A stretch of 32,000 bases of DNA, taken from contig CALXAT010000004.1 in the NCBI GenBank assembly GCA_944386365.1, forward strand, positions 56,715 to 88,714, written 5' to 3'. The translations under genes and the position numbers were made by a program. The notes beneath the pieces are model-generated. The model worked only from the letters and a program-made list of their open reading frames with translations, made no database searches and had not been told where the DNA came from. The DNA comes from an uncultured Clostridia bacterium. GTDB taxonomy: Bacteria; Bacillota; Clostridia; TANB77; CAG-508. Shown piece by piece: positions 7,850 through 16,583 of the stretch. Each line of letters opens with the position of its first letter. The stretch's first letter is position 1.

Positions 7850-10306
7850 ATGGAAGAAAGACAAGAAAGAAGAGACGGAAAAATAATTGAAAAAGACATC
7901 GAAAAAGAGATGAGAGAAGCTTATATAGACTATGCCATGAGTGTTATTGTTTCTCGTGCACTTCCAGATGTAAGAGATGGTTTAAAACCAGTACATAGAA
8001 GAATTTTATATGCTATGCATGAAGATGGTATTACATCAGATAAACCATATAGGAAGTGTGCTAATACAGTAGGTTCTGTTTTAGGTAGATATCATCCACA
8101 TGGAGACAGTTCTGTATATGATGCGATGGTTAGATTAGCACAAGATTTCTCAATGAGATATCCACTAATTGATGGACATGGTAACTTCGGTTCTGTAGAT
8201 GGTGACGGTGCAGCAGCTATGAGGTATACAGAAGCAAGAATGTCTAAAATTGCAGAATATATGCTAACAGATATTGAGAAAAATACGGTTGATTTTATGC
8301 CTAACTATGATGATAGATTACAAGAACCAACTGTTTTGCCAGCAAGGATACCAGCATTACTTGCAAATGGGTCTTCAGGTATTGCCGTAGGTATGGCAAC
8401 CAATATACCACCACATAATTTAACAGAATTAATTGATGGAATTATTAAAATTATAGATGAGGATGAAGTAACAGATGAAGATCTAATGACAGTAATAAAA
8501 GGACCAGATTTTCCAACAGAAGGAATTATTTTAGGATTAGAGGGAATTAAAAAAGCATATACAACAGGTAGAGGAAAGATTACTTTAAGAGCGGAAACAG
8601 AAATAGAAGAAATGAGCGGTAATAGACAAAGAATTATTGTTTCTTCATTACCATATCAAGTAAATAAAGCAAACTTAATAAAAACAATATCAGACTTATC
8701 AAAAGAGAAAAAAATAGAAGGAATTTCAGAATGTAGAGATGAGTCAGATAGAATTGATAAAGTAAGAGTGGTTATTGAATTAAAAAGAGATGCAAATCCA
8801 CAAGTTGTATTAAATCAATTATTTAAACATACACAAATGCAAACAACATTTGGTATTATCATGCTAGCATTAGTAAATGGAGTACCAAAGATTTTAACAT
8901 TAAGACAATGTTTAGATTGCTATATTGATCATAGAAAAGATGTTATCTTAAGGAGAACGCAATTTGATTTAGATAAAGCTTTAGCTAGAGCACATATTTT
9001 AGAGGGATTAAAAATTGCGTTAGATAATATTGATGAAGTTATCGAAATTATTAGAAATTCTTATGATGATGCAAAAGAAAGATTAATGCAAAGATTTGGT
9101 TTATCAGATATTCAAGCACAAGCAATTTTGGATATGAGATTAAAAACATTATCAGGGTTGCAAAGAGAAAAAATTGAAGAAGAATATAATCAATTAATGG
9201 AATTAATTGCACACTTAAGAGATATTTTAAATAGTGAAAGATTAGTTTTTGACATTATCAAAGAAGAGTTACTAGAAATTAAAGATAAATTTGGTGATGA
9301 AAGAAAAACGAAAATTGTGGCAGCAGAAGGCGAAATTGATGTAGAAGATTTAATTAAAGAAGAACAAACAGTTGTAGCCCTAACATATTTTGGATATATA
9401 AAAAGAATGCCAATTAATACATATAAGAGCCAAAAACGTGGAGGAAAGGGAATAACAGGTATTGCGACAAGAGAAGAAGATTTTGTAAAACAAATCTTTA
9501 CAGCTTCAACACATGATATGATTCTTTTCTTTACCAATAAAGGCAAATTATATCATTTAAGGGGATATGAAATACCAGAAGCAGGAAGAACTGCAAAAGG
9601 TACAGCAATTGTAAATTTATTAAGTTTAGATCCAGGAGAAAAAGTTTCAGCGGTTATACCAATTCAAAATTTTGCAGAAGGAAAATATTTATTAATGGCT
9701 ACAAAGAAAGGATTAATAAAGAAAACAGCATTGAAAGAATATGATTCTACTAGAAAAACAGGATTACAAGGTATTGCTTTAAAAGAGGATGATGAATTAA
9801 TTGGTGTAAGGTTGACAGATGGACAAGATAATGTTGTTTTAGTTACTAGAAACGGTTTATGTATTACATTTGATGAAAAAGATGTAAGACCAATGGGTAG
9901 AGTTTCTCAAGGCGTTATTGGAATTAGGCTTGATGAAGATGATGAAGTCATAGGAATGGAATCTGTTATTACTGGAGGAAAAGCAACACTACTTGCAATT
10001 ACGGAAAATGGTTTTGGAAAAAGAACGGAATTAGATGAATATAGAGTACAAAAAAGAGGAGGAAGAGGTGTAATTACTTATAAAATTACACCTAAAACAG
10101 GAAAACTAGTTGGTGTTAGAATTGCAGCAGAAGAAGATGATGTAATGTTAATTACAGATACTGGAACCATCATTAGAATTAATGTAAAAGATATTAGTAT
10201 TTTGGGAAGATCAACACAAGGTGTTACATTAATGAGAACAAGCGATGGTGGAAAAGTGGTTAGTATGGAGATTTTAACGCCTGAGCTTAATGAAGTAGAA
10301 GGATAA
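7850..10306 (+). CDS. gyrA: DNA gyrase subunit A
   Basis: 818 aa. The N-terminus has AYIDYAMSVIVSRALPDVRDGLKPVHRRILYAM, a QRDR-like GRYHPHGDSSVYDAMVRLAQ and the catalytic-Tyr region AAMRYTEARM. The GyrA-box QKRGGKGITG marks it as GyrA rather than ParC. Confidence 0.97.
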   Translation: MEERQERRDGKIIEKDIEKEMREAYIDYAMSVIVSRALPDVRDGLKPVHRRILYAMHEDGITSDKPYRKCANTVGSVLGRYHPHGDSSVYDAMVRLAQDFSMRYPLIDGHGNFGSVDGDGAAAMRYTEARMSKIAEYMLTDIEKNTVDFMPNYDDRLQEPTVLPARIPALLANGSSGIAVGMATNIPPHNLTELIDGIIKIIDEDEVTDEDLMTVIKGPDFPTEGIILGLEGIKKAYTTGRGKITLRAETEIEEMSGNRQRIIVSSLPYQVNKANLIKTISDLSKEKKIEGISECRDESDRIDKVRVVIELKRDANPQVVLNQLFKHTQMQTTFGIIMLALVNGVPKILTLRQCLDCYIDHRKDVILRRTQFDLDKALARAHILEGLKIALDNIDEVIEIIRNSYDDAKERLMQRFGLSDIQAQAILDMRLKTLSGLQREKIEEEYNQLMELIAHLRDILNSERLVFDIIKEELLEIKDKFGDERKTKIVAAEGEIDVEDLIKEEQTVVALTYFGYIKRMPINTYKSQKRGGKGITGIATREEDFVKQIFTASTHDMILFFTNKGKLYHLRGYEIPEAGRTAKGTAIVNLLSLDPGEKVSAVIPIQNFAEGKYLLMATKKGLIKKTALKEYDSTRKTGLQGIALKEDDELIGVRLTDGQDNVVLVTRNGLCITFDEKDVRPMGRVSQGVIGIRLDEDDEVIGMESVITGGKATLLAITENGFGKRTELDEYRVQKRGGRGVITYKITPKTGKLVGVRIAAEEDDVMLITDTGTIIRINVKDISILGRSTQGVTLMRTSDGGKVVSMEILTPELNEVEG

Positions 10307-10316
10307 AGATATAAAT

Positions 10317-10358
10317 AAAAAATCCTTTTAAGAAATTTTCTTAAAAGGATTTTTTTTG
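10317..10358. terminator. Bidirectional rho-independent terminator between gyrA and the convergent dnaI-like gene
   Basis: A near-perfect long hairpin, aaaaatccttttaagaaa / tttcttaaaaggattttt, flanked by A and T runs. Confidence 0.8.
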
Positions 10359-10393
10359 TCATTATTAGATTGAAAAGTTATATAAGGATATAC

Positions 10394-11398
10394 TTATCTT
10401 GTCTTGAAACGTATATCATCTCCAAAGAAGCAATAAATATCATAATATCCAGCAATTCTAGAACCAATTCTTTCTTCATATTTATTAAAAATCTCATTAA
10501 TATTTAAATTTGTAGAAATAATGGTTTTTGTAATTTTATGATTCAAATTTAAAATTCTGGTATTAATAATAGTAAACAATTCACTTAATTTCATACTATT
10601 TAATGTTTCAGTTCCTAAATCATCAATAATTAGCAAATCGGTTTCTAAGACAGATTTATTAATATCTTCTAAATTAGATTTTTGTTTATTTAATTTATAG
10701 TCTATTATATTTTCAAGTAAAACAGGAGCTGTTTGATAAAGCACCGTTTTTCCCGATTTTAGTATTTCATTTGCAATACAATTAGAAAGAAATGTTTTTC
10801 CAAGACCTGTATTTCCTGTAAATAATAAATTCTTATAATTAGGGTTATCAAAATTTTGAACAAATTCTAAACATTTATCTTTTATTTTCCTAATATTTTC
10901 TCTAGGCGAAATAGGAAACTTATATTTATTAGGATTTACTTCATCAGAAAAAAGCAATTCATTAAAAGTAGAAAAGTTTTCCTTGTCCAAATTAGACATA
11001 TTGGATTTATTAAAAGAAATATCTAGAAGCCTTTGCTTTAAACAGCTACACATTTCTGTTTTGTAATTATCTTTTTGAATATATCCCGTATCTTTACATA
11101 AAGAACATTCATAATGTGGCATTAAATATTCAGAAGATATTTTATTTTTTTTCAAAATTTCTTGTTTTTCTTTTTTTAAAGAATTAATTTTATCAGTGAG
11201 TAATGATAAGGATTCATATTTTTTATTTAAAATATCTCTTGTAGTAGAAATAGCACAAGTGTTAATTTCATTTTCGATATTTCGTAATCTTGGAATTTTA
11301 TCATATAAAGATTCTTTTCTTTCTTCAGCAGCAATTTCTTCTCTTACTTTTTTTTGCTCATATTCTTTTAATAAAGAATTCAATATTTCATTAGCCAA
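10394..11398 (-). CDS. dnaI: DnaI/DnaC-like replicative helicase loader (AAA+ ATPase with N-terminal zinc-binding motif)
   Basis: Walker A is GNTGLGKTFL and Walker B is LLIIDDLG. The Cys cluster is ECSLCKDTGY...MCSC. The likely start is TTG at 11398, with AAGGAGG 6 nt upstream; the track's ATG at 11428 has no RBS. It overlaps the stop of the upstream DnaD-domain gene by 8 nt. Confidence 0.8.
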   Translation of the reverse strand: MANEILNSLLKEYEQKKVREEIAAEERKESLYDKIPRLRNIENEINTCAISTTRDILNKKYESLSLLTDKINSLKKEKQEILKKNKISSEYLMPHYECSLCKDTGYIQKDNYKTEMCSCLKQRLLDISFNKSNMSNLDKENFSTFNELLFSDEVNPNKYKFPISPRENIRKIKDKCLEFVQNFDNPNYKNLLFTGNTGLGKTFLSNCIANEILKSGKTVLYQTAPVLLENIIDYKLNKQKSNLEDINKSVLETDLLIIDDLGTETLNSMKLSELFTIINTRILNLNHKITKTIISTNLNINEIFNKYEERIGSRIAGYYDIYCFFGDDIRFKTR

Positions 11399-12377
11399 TT
11401 TTATCCTCCTTGTTTGATTGATTTGCATATAAAAAGTCTAAATTTTCATATTTCCTTTGTTCATAATTTACTTTTTCTACTTGCTGTTTTAGATTTTTTG
11501 TATCTTTATTTAATTTTTTCCTTTGCTCAATAAAAGCATTGACTTCAGAAGGTGTTTTTAGGTTTCTGTCATGCCAATCTGTAATAATGGTATTAATATA
11601 TTCAAAAGTAGGAGATTGTTTTAAAGTTGTACGTTTTAAAGCAATTTCAATAATATCCATATCATAGCCAAAATTTAAAACCCAGTTTTCAATATAGGCT
11701 TCTTCATATTGCGTTAAATTGCCATGTTTACCTAATTTTTTAGAAATAGATTTTTTTAAAGAATTTAATTTTTCTTGTTTTTCATAATATTTATCTAAAT
11801 CATTCCAAGTTTTAATTTTATTAGAAGCCCAAGCTTCCGCAACAGTTTGAACATAATTTCTATGCATAGCACTTCTATTATAGCAATAATCAAAAAGAGC
11901 AATCATAACTTGTTCATCAAAATTATATTTTCTAAACCAAATGTCAATGTCATTATACCAAGAAGGACTCATAATACCTTGGAAATACATATTGTTGATA
12001 TGTTCAATTGCTTTGGCTCTAGATTGATTTTTAGCAGTTTGAGCAACTTTTTCTTTAGAAACTGTTAGATTAGGTGTATATAATTCATGAAGTGTTGCTT
12101 CTTGTAAGTCTACAATAACATATCCTGTAGATTTTTTTGTAATTAATTTATTTTCTTCTAGAAATTTAAGACCTTCACTAATGGATTTTAAAGGTATATT
12201 TAACTTCTTTGATAGATCATTTAATTTTATATCTTTATTATATTTTGAAAGAAATAAGATATATAAATAAATTTTCAAATAATCTCCAGGAATTTGAGAT
12301 AAATAATCTGAAAAAAATATATCTGGTATTGATGTTTCGGAAAATAAAAGTGTTTTATCGTTTTGTTCTAATTTCAT
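11391..12377 (-). CDS. DnaD-domain replication initiation / primosome protein (B. subtilis DnaB/DnaD-like)
   Basis: It has an N-terminal winged-helix-like region and a C-terminal DnaD-type block (IMSPSWYNDIDIWFRKYNFDEQVMIALFDYC). It is translationally coupled to the DnaI-like gene, as in Firmicute dnaB-dnaI operons. The ATG at 12377 has a better RBS (AAAGGACGG) than the track's 12422. Confidence 0.7.
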   Translation of the reverse strand: MKLEQNDKTLLFSETSIPDIFFSDYLSQIPGDYLKIYLYILFLSKYNKDIKLNDLSKKLNIPLKSISEGLKFLEENKLITKKSTGYVIVDLQEATLHELYTPNLTVSKEKVAQTAKNQSRAKAIEHINNMYFQGIMSPSWYNDIDIWFRKYNFDEQVMIALFDYCYNRSAMHRNYVQTVAEAWASNKIKTWNDLDKYYEKQEKLNSLKKSISKKLGKHGNLTQYEEAYIENWVLNFGYDMDIIEIALKRTTLKQSPTFEYINTIITDWHDRNLKTPSEVNAFIEQRKKLNKDTKNLKQQVEKVNYEQRKYENLDFLYANQSNKEDKIG

Positions 12378-12472
12378 TTTTTTATCCGTCCTTTCTAAGC
12401 TCAAACTAAGAAATTGTTTCATTACAAAAGCCCTATATCTTTTTATATAAATTTCGTTATTTGGTAATACAA

Positions 12473-12501
12473 ATTATATCTTTTTTAGACAAAAAATTCA
12501 A
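12473..12501 (-). promoter_or_regulatory. Sigma-A promoter candidate for the DnaD-domain/dnaI operon
   Basis: On the minus strand: TTGAAT (12501-12496), a 17-nt spacer, then TATAAT (12478-12473). Confidence 0.4.
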
Positions 12502-12538
12502 GGTGAATTTTTTAAAATTAAAAGGAATTGTTTTAAAA

Positions 12539-12835
12539 CTACCTGTATGTATTTGTTTTAGTATAAAAAAATATTTTTTGTTTGAAAATAAATTTAAGCA
12601 TATAGGTAAAAATATAAATAATATTTTCTCCATGAATACCAGAAATACTAAGCAAGAAAATAGGAAAACAGAAAAGAATAAATATAACGACTTTTATATT
12701 GATATCCTGAATTAAAAGATGTAATAGTAAAAAAACAAATAATGCCCAAAGAATATTAATAATTGCTACAGAATAATCAATAACACCCAATATTTTATTT
12801 TTAAATGTATAATTTTGTGGAAAAATAAATTTCAA
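12539..12835 (-). CDS. TcpE/PrgI/VirB3-like small conjugal-transfer membrane protein
   Basis: 98 aa with two TM helices after an N-terminal YTFKNKILG motif. The TTG start has AAGGAG 8 nt upstream. It sits directly downstream of the VirB6-like gene. Confidence 0.5.
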   Translation of the reverse strand: MKFIFPQNYTFKNKILGVIDYSVAIINILWALFVFLLLHLLIQDINIKVVIFILFCFPIFLLSISGIHGENIIYIFTYMLKFIFKQKIFFYTKTNTYR

Positions 12836-12877
12836 AAAATCATCTCCTTAAATTCGTATAATAAAAAAATTATAATT

Positions 12878-13753
12878 TTATTTAAAATTTGTAAAACTTT
12901 TCACAGATTGTGTAATGGTTGTGGAAACACCACCAATAAAATCACGTACTAAAGAATTTGCTTTAATCAAACCATACATACCACCTACATAAATAAATTT
13001 ATTGAATAAATCAGTACTCGAAAAATCTACAGAAAACATTAAAAGTAAAATAATAGATACAATAATTTGAATAAAAAGAAGGGAAAATAAATTTTTAATC
13101 CAAGCTTTAAAGAACCAACTAGTATTAGAAAGAGTTAAAGATAAAAACGCAAAAGGTGTAATTAGTACAAAAACTTTTACTAAAACATATCTTAGGGAAT
13201 AGGTAAAAACCAAGTTTAATAAAGAAATGGATAAAGTACCTTTAATTAATCCATCAATTGAAAAAATGTTCAAAGAAGAAGTATTAACAGAAATAGTTGT
13301 ATTTATATTTGTAATTAAAGAAGAAAAGCAAATACTTTTATGAAATAAATCTTCTCCAATGCTACGAATGAATAATGAAATATTAGATATTAAATCGATA
13401 AATAGTTGAATAATAAAAAATGAGGCATTCATACAAATGGCATAAAGCATCATCTTGATGAAAAAACTAGAAGGTTTATCAATTTTATCATAAGTTAAGT
13501 GTGATAATAAATATTTAATACTGTAATATAATATAAACGCAAATAAAAGTGTATTGGCAATTAATAAAATACCACTAGAAGTGGAAGTTCCTAAAATATC
13601 CTGAAAATATTTATCGTTTAAAATATCAGAATTAATAAATGTAAGTTCATCTAATAAAGCGTATAAATTATTATCTATAGAACTAAAAATATTTTCAAAG
13701 ATTGTATTAATTGTATCAATAATTACTTGAGTAATATTTTGGGATTGTTCCAT
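12878..13753 (-). CDS. Polytopic membrane protein, VirB6/TrbL/TcpH-like T4SS channel component
   Basis: 291 aa with about 6 hydrophobic helices. AGGAGG lies upstream of the ATG. The call rests on synteny between the pilin-like and VirB3-like genes; no diagnostic motif was seen. Confidence 0.5.
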   Translation of the reverse strand: MEQSQNITQVIIDTINTIFENIFSSIDNNLYALLDELTFINSDILNDKYFQDILGTSTSSGILLIANTLLFAFILYYSIKYLLSHLTYDKIDKPSSFFIKMMLYAICMNASFFIIQLFIDLISNISLFIRSIGEDLFHKSICFSSLITNINTTISVNTSSLNIFSIDGLIKGTLSISLLNLVFTYSLRYVLVKVFVLITPFAFLSLTLSNTSWFFKAWIKNLFSLLFIQIIVSIILLLMFSVDFSSTDLFNKFIYVGGMYGLIKANSLVRDFIGGVSTTITQSVKSFTNFK

Positions 13754-13761
13754 AAAACCTC

Positions 13762-14133
13762 CTATCCAACTAAAGATTTTATTGCAGATAAAATTAAATC
13801 AATTGCTAATATGAAGGCATATGAAAAAAGAGAACCTTTTATTAGTTTTTTACCTGTTCGTATTTTTTCTTCATCACCAAAACTAAATTTTTTCATAAAT
13901 ACACCAGTACCAACAGCGACTGCAGCAGCCGGTGTAGAAATTTTTAATATCCAACCTTCAATATCTTCAAAAGCAGAATTAATGGTGGTAATTAACTTAG
14001 GATCGCCTAAAGCAAGAGAATAAGAAGAGCTAAAGAATATAAGTAAAATAAATAAAGTAAAAGTAAAGGATAAGTAGAAGAATATATATTTAGGTGTTAA
14101 ATAATTTTTTGTGTTTATTTTTTTTATTTTCAT
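13762..14133 (-). CDS. Small secreted/membrane protein, VirB2/TrbC pilin-like
   Basis: 123 aa with an N-terminal signal/TM segment ending SYSLALG, then two further hydrophobic helices (STPAAAVAVGTGVF, SLFSYAFILAIDLILSAI). AAAGGAG lies 7 nt upstream of the ATG. The start overlaps the coupling-protein 3' end by 44 nt. Confidence 0.4.
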   Translation of the reverse strand: MKIKKINTKNYLTPKYIFFYLSFTFTLFILLIFFSSSYSLALGDPKLITTINSAFEDIEGWILKISTPAAAVAVGTGVFMKKFSFGDEEKIRTGKKLIKGSLFSYAFILAIDLILSAIKSLVG

Positions 14134-15841
14134 AAATAAACTCCTTTCTATTTTTAAAATATGGAATCATTTGCAGTTTGCAAGGGGGATAAATTTTATT
14201 ACCATCTGATAAAAAACATAATGCTGAAAAAGTTTCCAGTTGTTGTGTAAAATAGTTTGATTCATAAATGTAATCGTTTTGAATATAGGTACTAATAGAT
14301 TCTGAAATATTAGAGTTTTCAGAATTTAAAGTGTTTGTAATATAACTGTACTTTGTTTCTTTTGCATTTTCTGAAAAACTTTGTGAAGTTCTTTTCTTTT
14401 CCTCTTTCCCTAATTGTTTTTGTGCTTCTTCAATAGTAAAAATATCATCTGTTCGAAACCAAATTTTATTAATCAAATTTTGTACAATAACCTTTACGAA
14501 AGAATCATCTTTTAAAGTATTTTTTAAAGAAGAATAACTTTGCGTACTAATAATATTGATACATTTGGCTTCTCTACTTAAAGAAAAAAATTCTGCATCT
14601 GTTTTACTGGCATATTTATCATATTCATCACAAATAAAAGCAGTAGGAATCACTGTTTTATTAGATAGATTAGACAATATTTCAGATTGAAAATCTAGTT
14701 TTAAATATGTGGCAATCATTTTAGAAAGAATACTATATTCAGAAATATTCATATTTAAAACAACAATTTTTCCTTTTTGGATAACTTCTTCAAATCCTGT
14801 AAAAGTGAGTTTTTCTTTGGAAGAACAGAAACAGGACATAACATCATAATCAGAAACAAAGGTATTGGTTATTCTTGTTATTTCAGAAATTAAAATGGCT
14901 TTTGTTCTTTGATCTAAAGTTTCAAATTCTTTTTGAAAAAAATCTAAACAAGAATTTAGTTCATAAATTTCACGAGAATTTAATTTTGAAGATATAAATA
15001 AATTTTTCAAGATTGGAATTTTTTCTTTGTAATATTGAGGAATGGTTATTATTTTATGCAATTCTAAAAAAGTTACATATCCATTGTTATAAAATCGACA
15101 AAGTTTAATACATTCTGTTAACACCTGTTCAGCTTTATCTAACCAATAAGATTCAGAATTATTTTCAGAAAATAATAGAAGTATTGTTTTTAAGCGATTA
15201 GCCAATACTTGAGGTTTCAAATGAGGTTTGTGTAAAGGATTGTAATGAATATTAGAGTGCAATTCAATAACAACTAAATCGGAAGATAAACCATATTTTT
15301 CACAAAATTTTCTAACTTGTGCATAATAATTTCCTTTTACATCTAAAATGAGCATAGCAATTTTTTTATTTTTATGTGTAGAATTGAATTGAAGAAGCTG
15401 TTCTGTAAAAGGATACATAGCGGAAGAAGTTTTTCCAGAACCAATTGTACCCGTAATTAAAAAATTTTGATAAAGTCCACTTTCAGGAATATATAGATTT
15501 GTTTTTGAAATTTTATCAAAACCAATACACATTTTTAATGAATTAGAAATAGATGATGTATGAGGATTCTCATTAGTTTGTATTAATTCTGTCTGAATTT
15601 TTTTTGACTTAAAAAATTTTTCTAAAATCTTAGAAATGAAGAAATTTAGTAAAACAATGTTGGAAAAAGTATAACATAATACATGTGTAATTTTTAAATA
15701 TTTCCATAAAATTGGATTTTTAGAACAAATATCAAATGGTTTAAGTCCATATGGAATAATTAATTCTTCAGCAGTATATATAGAATAAAAAAACTTCAAG
15801 TGAAGAAAAATAAATATTGTTGTTAAAGCGATTGTTAGCAA
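14090..15841 (-). CDS. Type IV coupling protein (VirD4/TraG/TcpA family)
   Basis: Two N-terminal TM helices. Walker A is GTIGSGKTSS, with LILDVKGN and Walker B FICDEYDKY, then a IISTQSYSSL block. The track start is TTG at 15841. An in-frame ATT at 15853 lies 10 nt after AGGAGG and would give MKRFLLTI... Confidence 0.8.
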   Translation of the reverse strand: MLTIALTTIFIFLHLKFFYSIYTAEELIIPYGLKPFDICSKNPILWKYLKITHVLCYTFSNIVLLNFFISKILEKFFKSKKIQTELIQTNENPHTSSISNSLKMCIGFDKISKTNLYIPESGLYQNFLITGTIGSGKTSSAMYPFTEQLLQFNSTHKNKKIAMLILDVKGNYYAQVRKFCEKYGLSSDLVVIELHSNIHYNPLHKPHLKPQVLANRLKTILLLFSENNSESYWLDKAEQVLTECIKLCRFYNNGYVTFLELHKIITIPQYYKEKIPILKNLFISSKLNSREIYELNSCLDFFQKEFETLDQRTKAILISEITRITNTFVSDYDVMSCFCSSKEKLTFTGFEEVIQKGKIVVLNMNISEYSILSKMIATYLKLDFQSEILSNLSNKTVIPTAFICDEYDKYASKTDAEFFSLSREAKCINIISTQSYSSLKNTLKDDSFVKVIVQNLINKIWFRTDDIFTIEEAQKQLGKEEKKRTSQSFSENAKETKYSYITNTLNSENSNISESISTYIQNDYIYESNYFTQQLETFSALCFLSDGNKIYPPCKLQMIPYFKNRKEFIYENKKNKHKKLFNT

Positions 15842-16167
15842 AAAACGTTTAATAAATTAATGACCTCCTTTTTCTGTGTATTTTTGTTTAAGTTTTAGTT
15901 TTGAACCTTGTTGATTATGAAAAATTTTGATATCAAAAAATGTATAAATTGAATATAAACTAATAAAAAGATGAATAATAAGGGATATAAAAAAGAAATC
16001 TAATTTTGTAAAAATGATATCACCGCCTTACAATTTTTTCCATAATACAATATTTTTTCAAATTTGTCTATACTTTTTGTAAAATTTATGATAAAATTTT
16101 ATATACAATGAAATTAAAGTTCTTATGATAGAAAATTTAATTAAAATATAGAGAGGGAGGAAACGCA

Positions 16168-16359
16168 ATGAAATTTAATAAAGATACAAGAATAGGAGAA
16201 CTTTTAGAAAATGCTCCTGAAAAAGCAGAAATATTACTAGATGCTGGAATGCATTGTATAGGATGTCCTGCATCTCAAATGGAAACATTAGAGGAAGCTT
16301 GTGATGTTCATGGAATTGATGTAGAAGATGTATTAGAAAAATTAAATGCAGAACAATAA
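16168..16359 (+). CDS. DUF1858-type small redox-disulfide protein (hybrid-cluster-protein-associated family)
   Basis: 63 aa with the family signature TRIGELLENAPEKAEILLDAGMHCIGCPASQMETLEEAC. A strong RBS, GGGAGG, is present. Confidence 0.75.
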   Translation: MKFNKDTRIGELLENAPEKAEILLDAGMHCIGCPASQMETLEEACDVHGIDVEDVLEKLNAEQ

Positions 16360-16449
16360 ATAGAAAAAGTGAAAAATTTGTGAAACAGGATAAAAAAATA
16401 GATATACAGCAAAAAAACAAAAAAATTTCACAAATTTTTCATAAATCTA

Positions 16450-16478
16450 TTGACAACTGAAGAAAAATATTGTAAACT
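16450..16478 (+). promoter_or_regulatory. Sigma-A promoter candidate for the tRNA operon
   Basis: TTGACA (16450-16455), a 17-nt spacer, then TAAACT (16473-16478), ~30 nt upstream of tRNA-Lys. Confidence 0.5.
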
Positions 16479-16507
16479 ATAAAAGCGTTGTAGTTAACGT
16501 GCAATAT

Positions 16508-16583
16508 GGGCTATTAGCTCAGGTGGTAGAGCACTTGACTTTTAATCAAGTTGTCCCGCGTTCGAGTCGCGGATAGCTCACCA
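16508..16583 (+). tRNA. tRNA-Lys (anticodon UUU), CCA encoded
   Basis: Hand-folded cloverleaf. The acceptor is gggctat/atagctc, the anticodon loop is cTTTTaa and the T-arm is gcg-ttcgagt-cgc. Confidence 0.9.

Larger units (their letters stand above)
12539..15841 (-). mobile_element. Fragment of a conjugative element: T4CP, VirB2-like, VirB6-like, VirB3-like module without VirB4, relaxase or integrase
   Basis: Four co-oriented, tightly packed T4SS-type genes. They are bounded by housekeeping genes on the left and a DUF1858 gene plus tRNA operon on the right. Confidence 0.6.

Noticed and set aside
8093-8125. The gyrA quinolone-resistance-determining region was checked for resistance substitutions.
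   Set aside because: The sequence HPHGDSSVYD has Ser and Asp at the positions equivalent to E. coli 83 and 87. This is a wild-type-like pattern, so there is nothing to report.
9190-10362. ORFs 9190-9546 and 10078-10362 lie antisense to gyrA.
   Set aside because: They sit entirely inside a confidently identified, conserved gene on the other strand. They have low-complexity hydrophobic translations and no RBS.
11196-12715. Plus-strand ORFs 11196-11417, 11847-12068, 12209-12409 and 12461-12715.
   Set aside because: They are antisense to, or overlap, the DnaI-like, DnaD-domain and TcpE-like genes. Their translations are compositional artefacts with no motifs or RBS.
13727-14023. Plus-strand ORF 13727-14023 (98 aa).
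   Set aside because: It is antisense to the pilin-like gene, which has a good RBS and a membrane-protein pattern. This ORF has no supporting signals.
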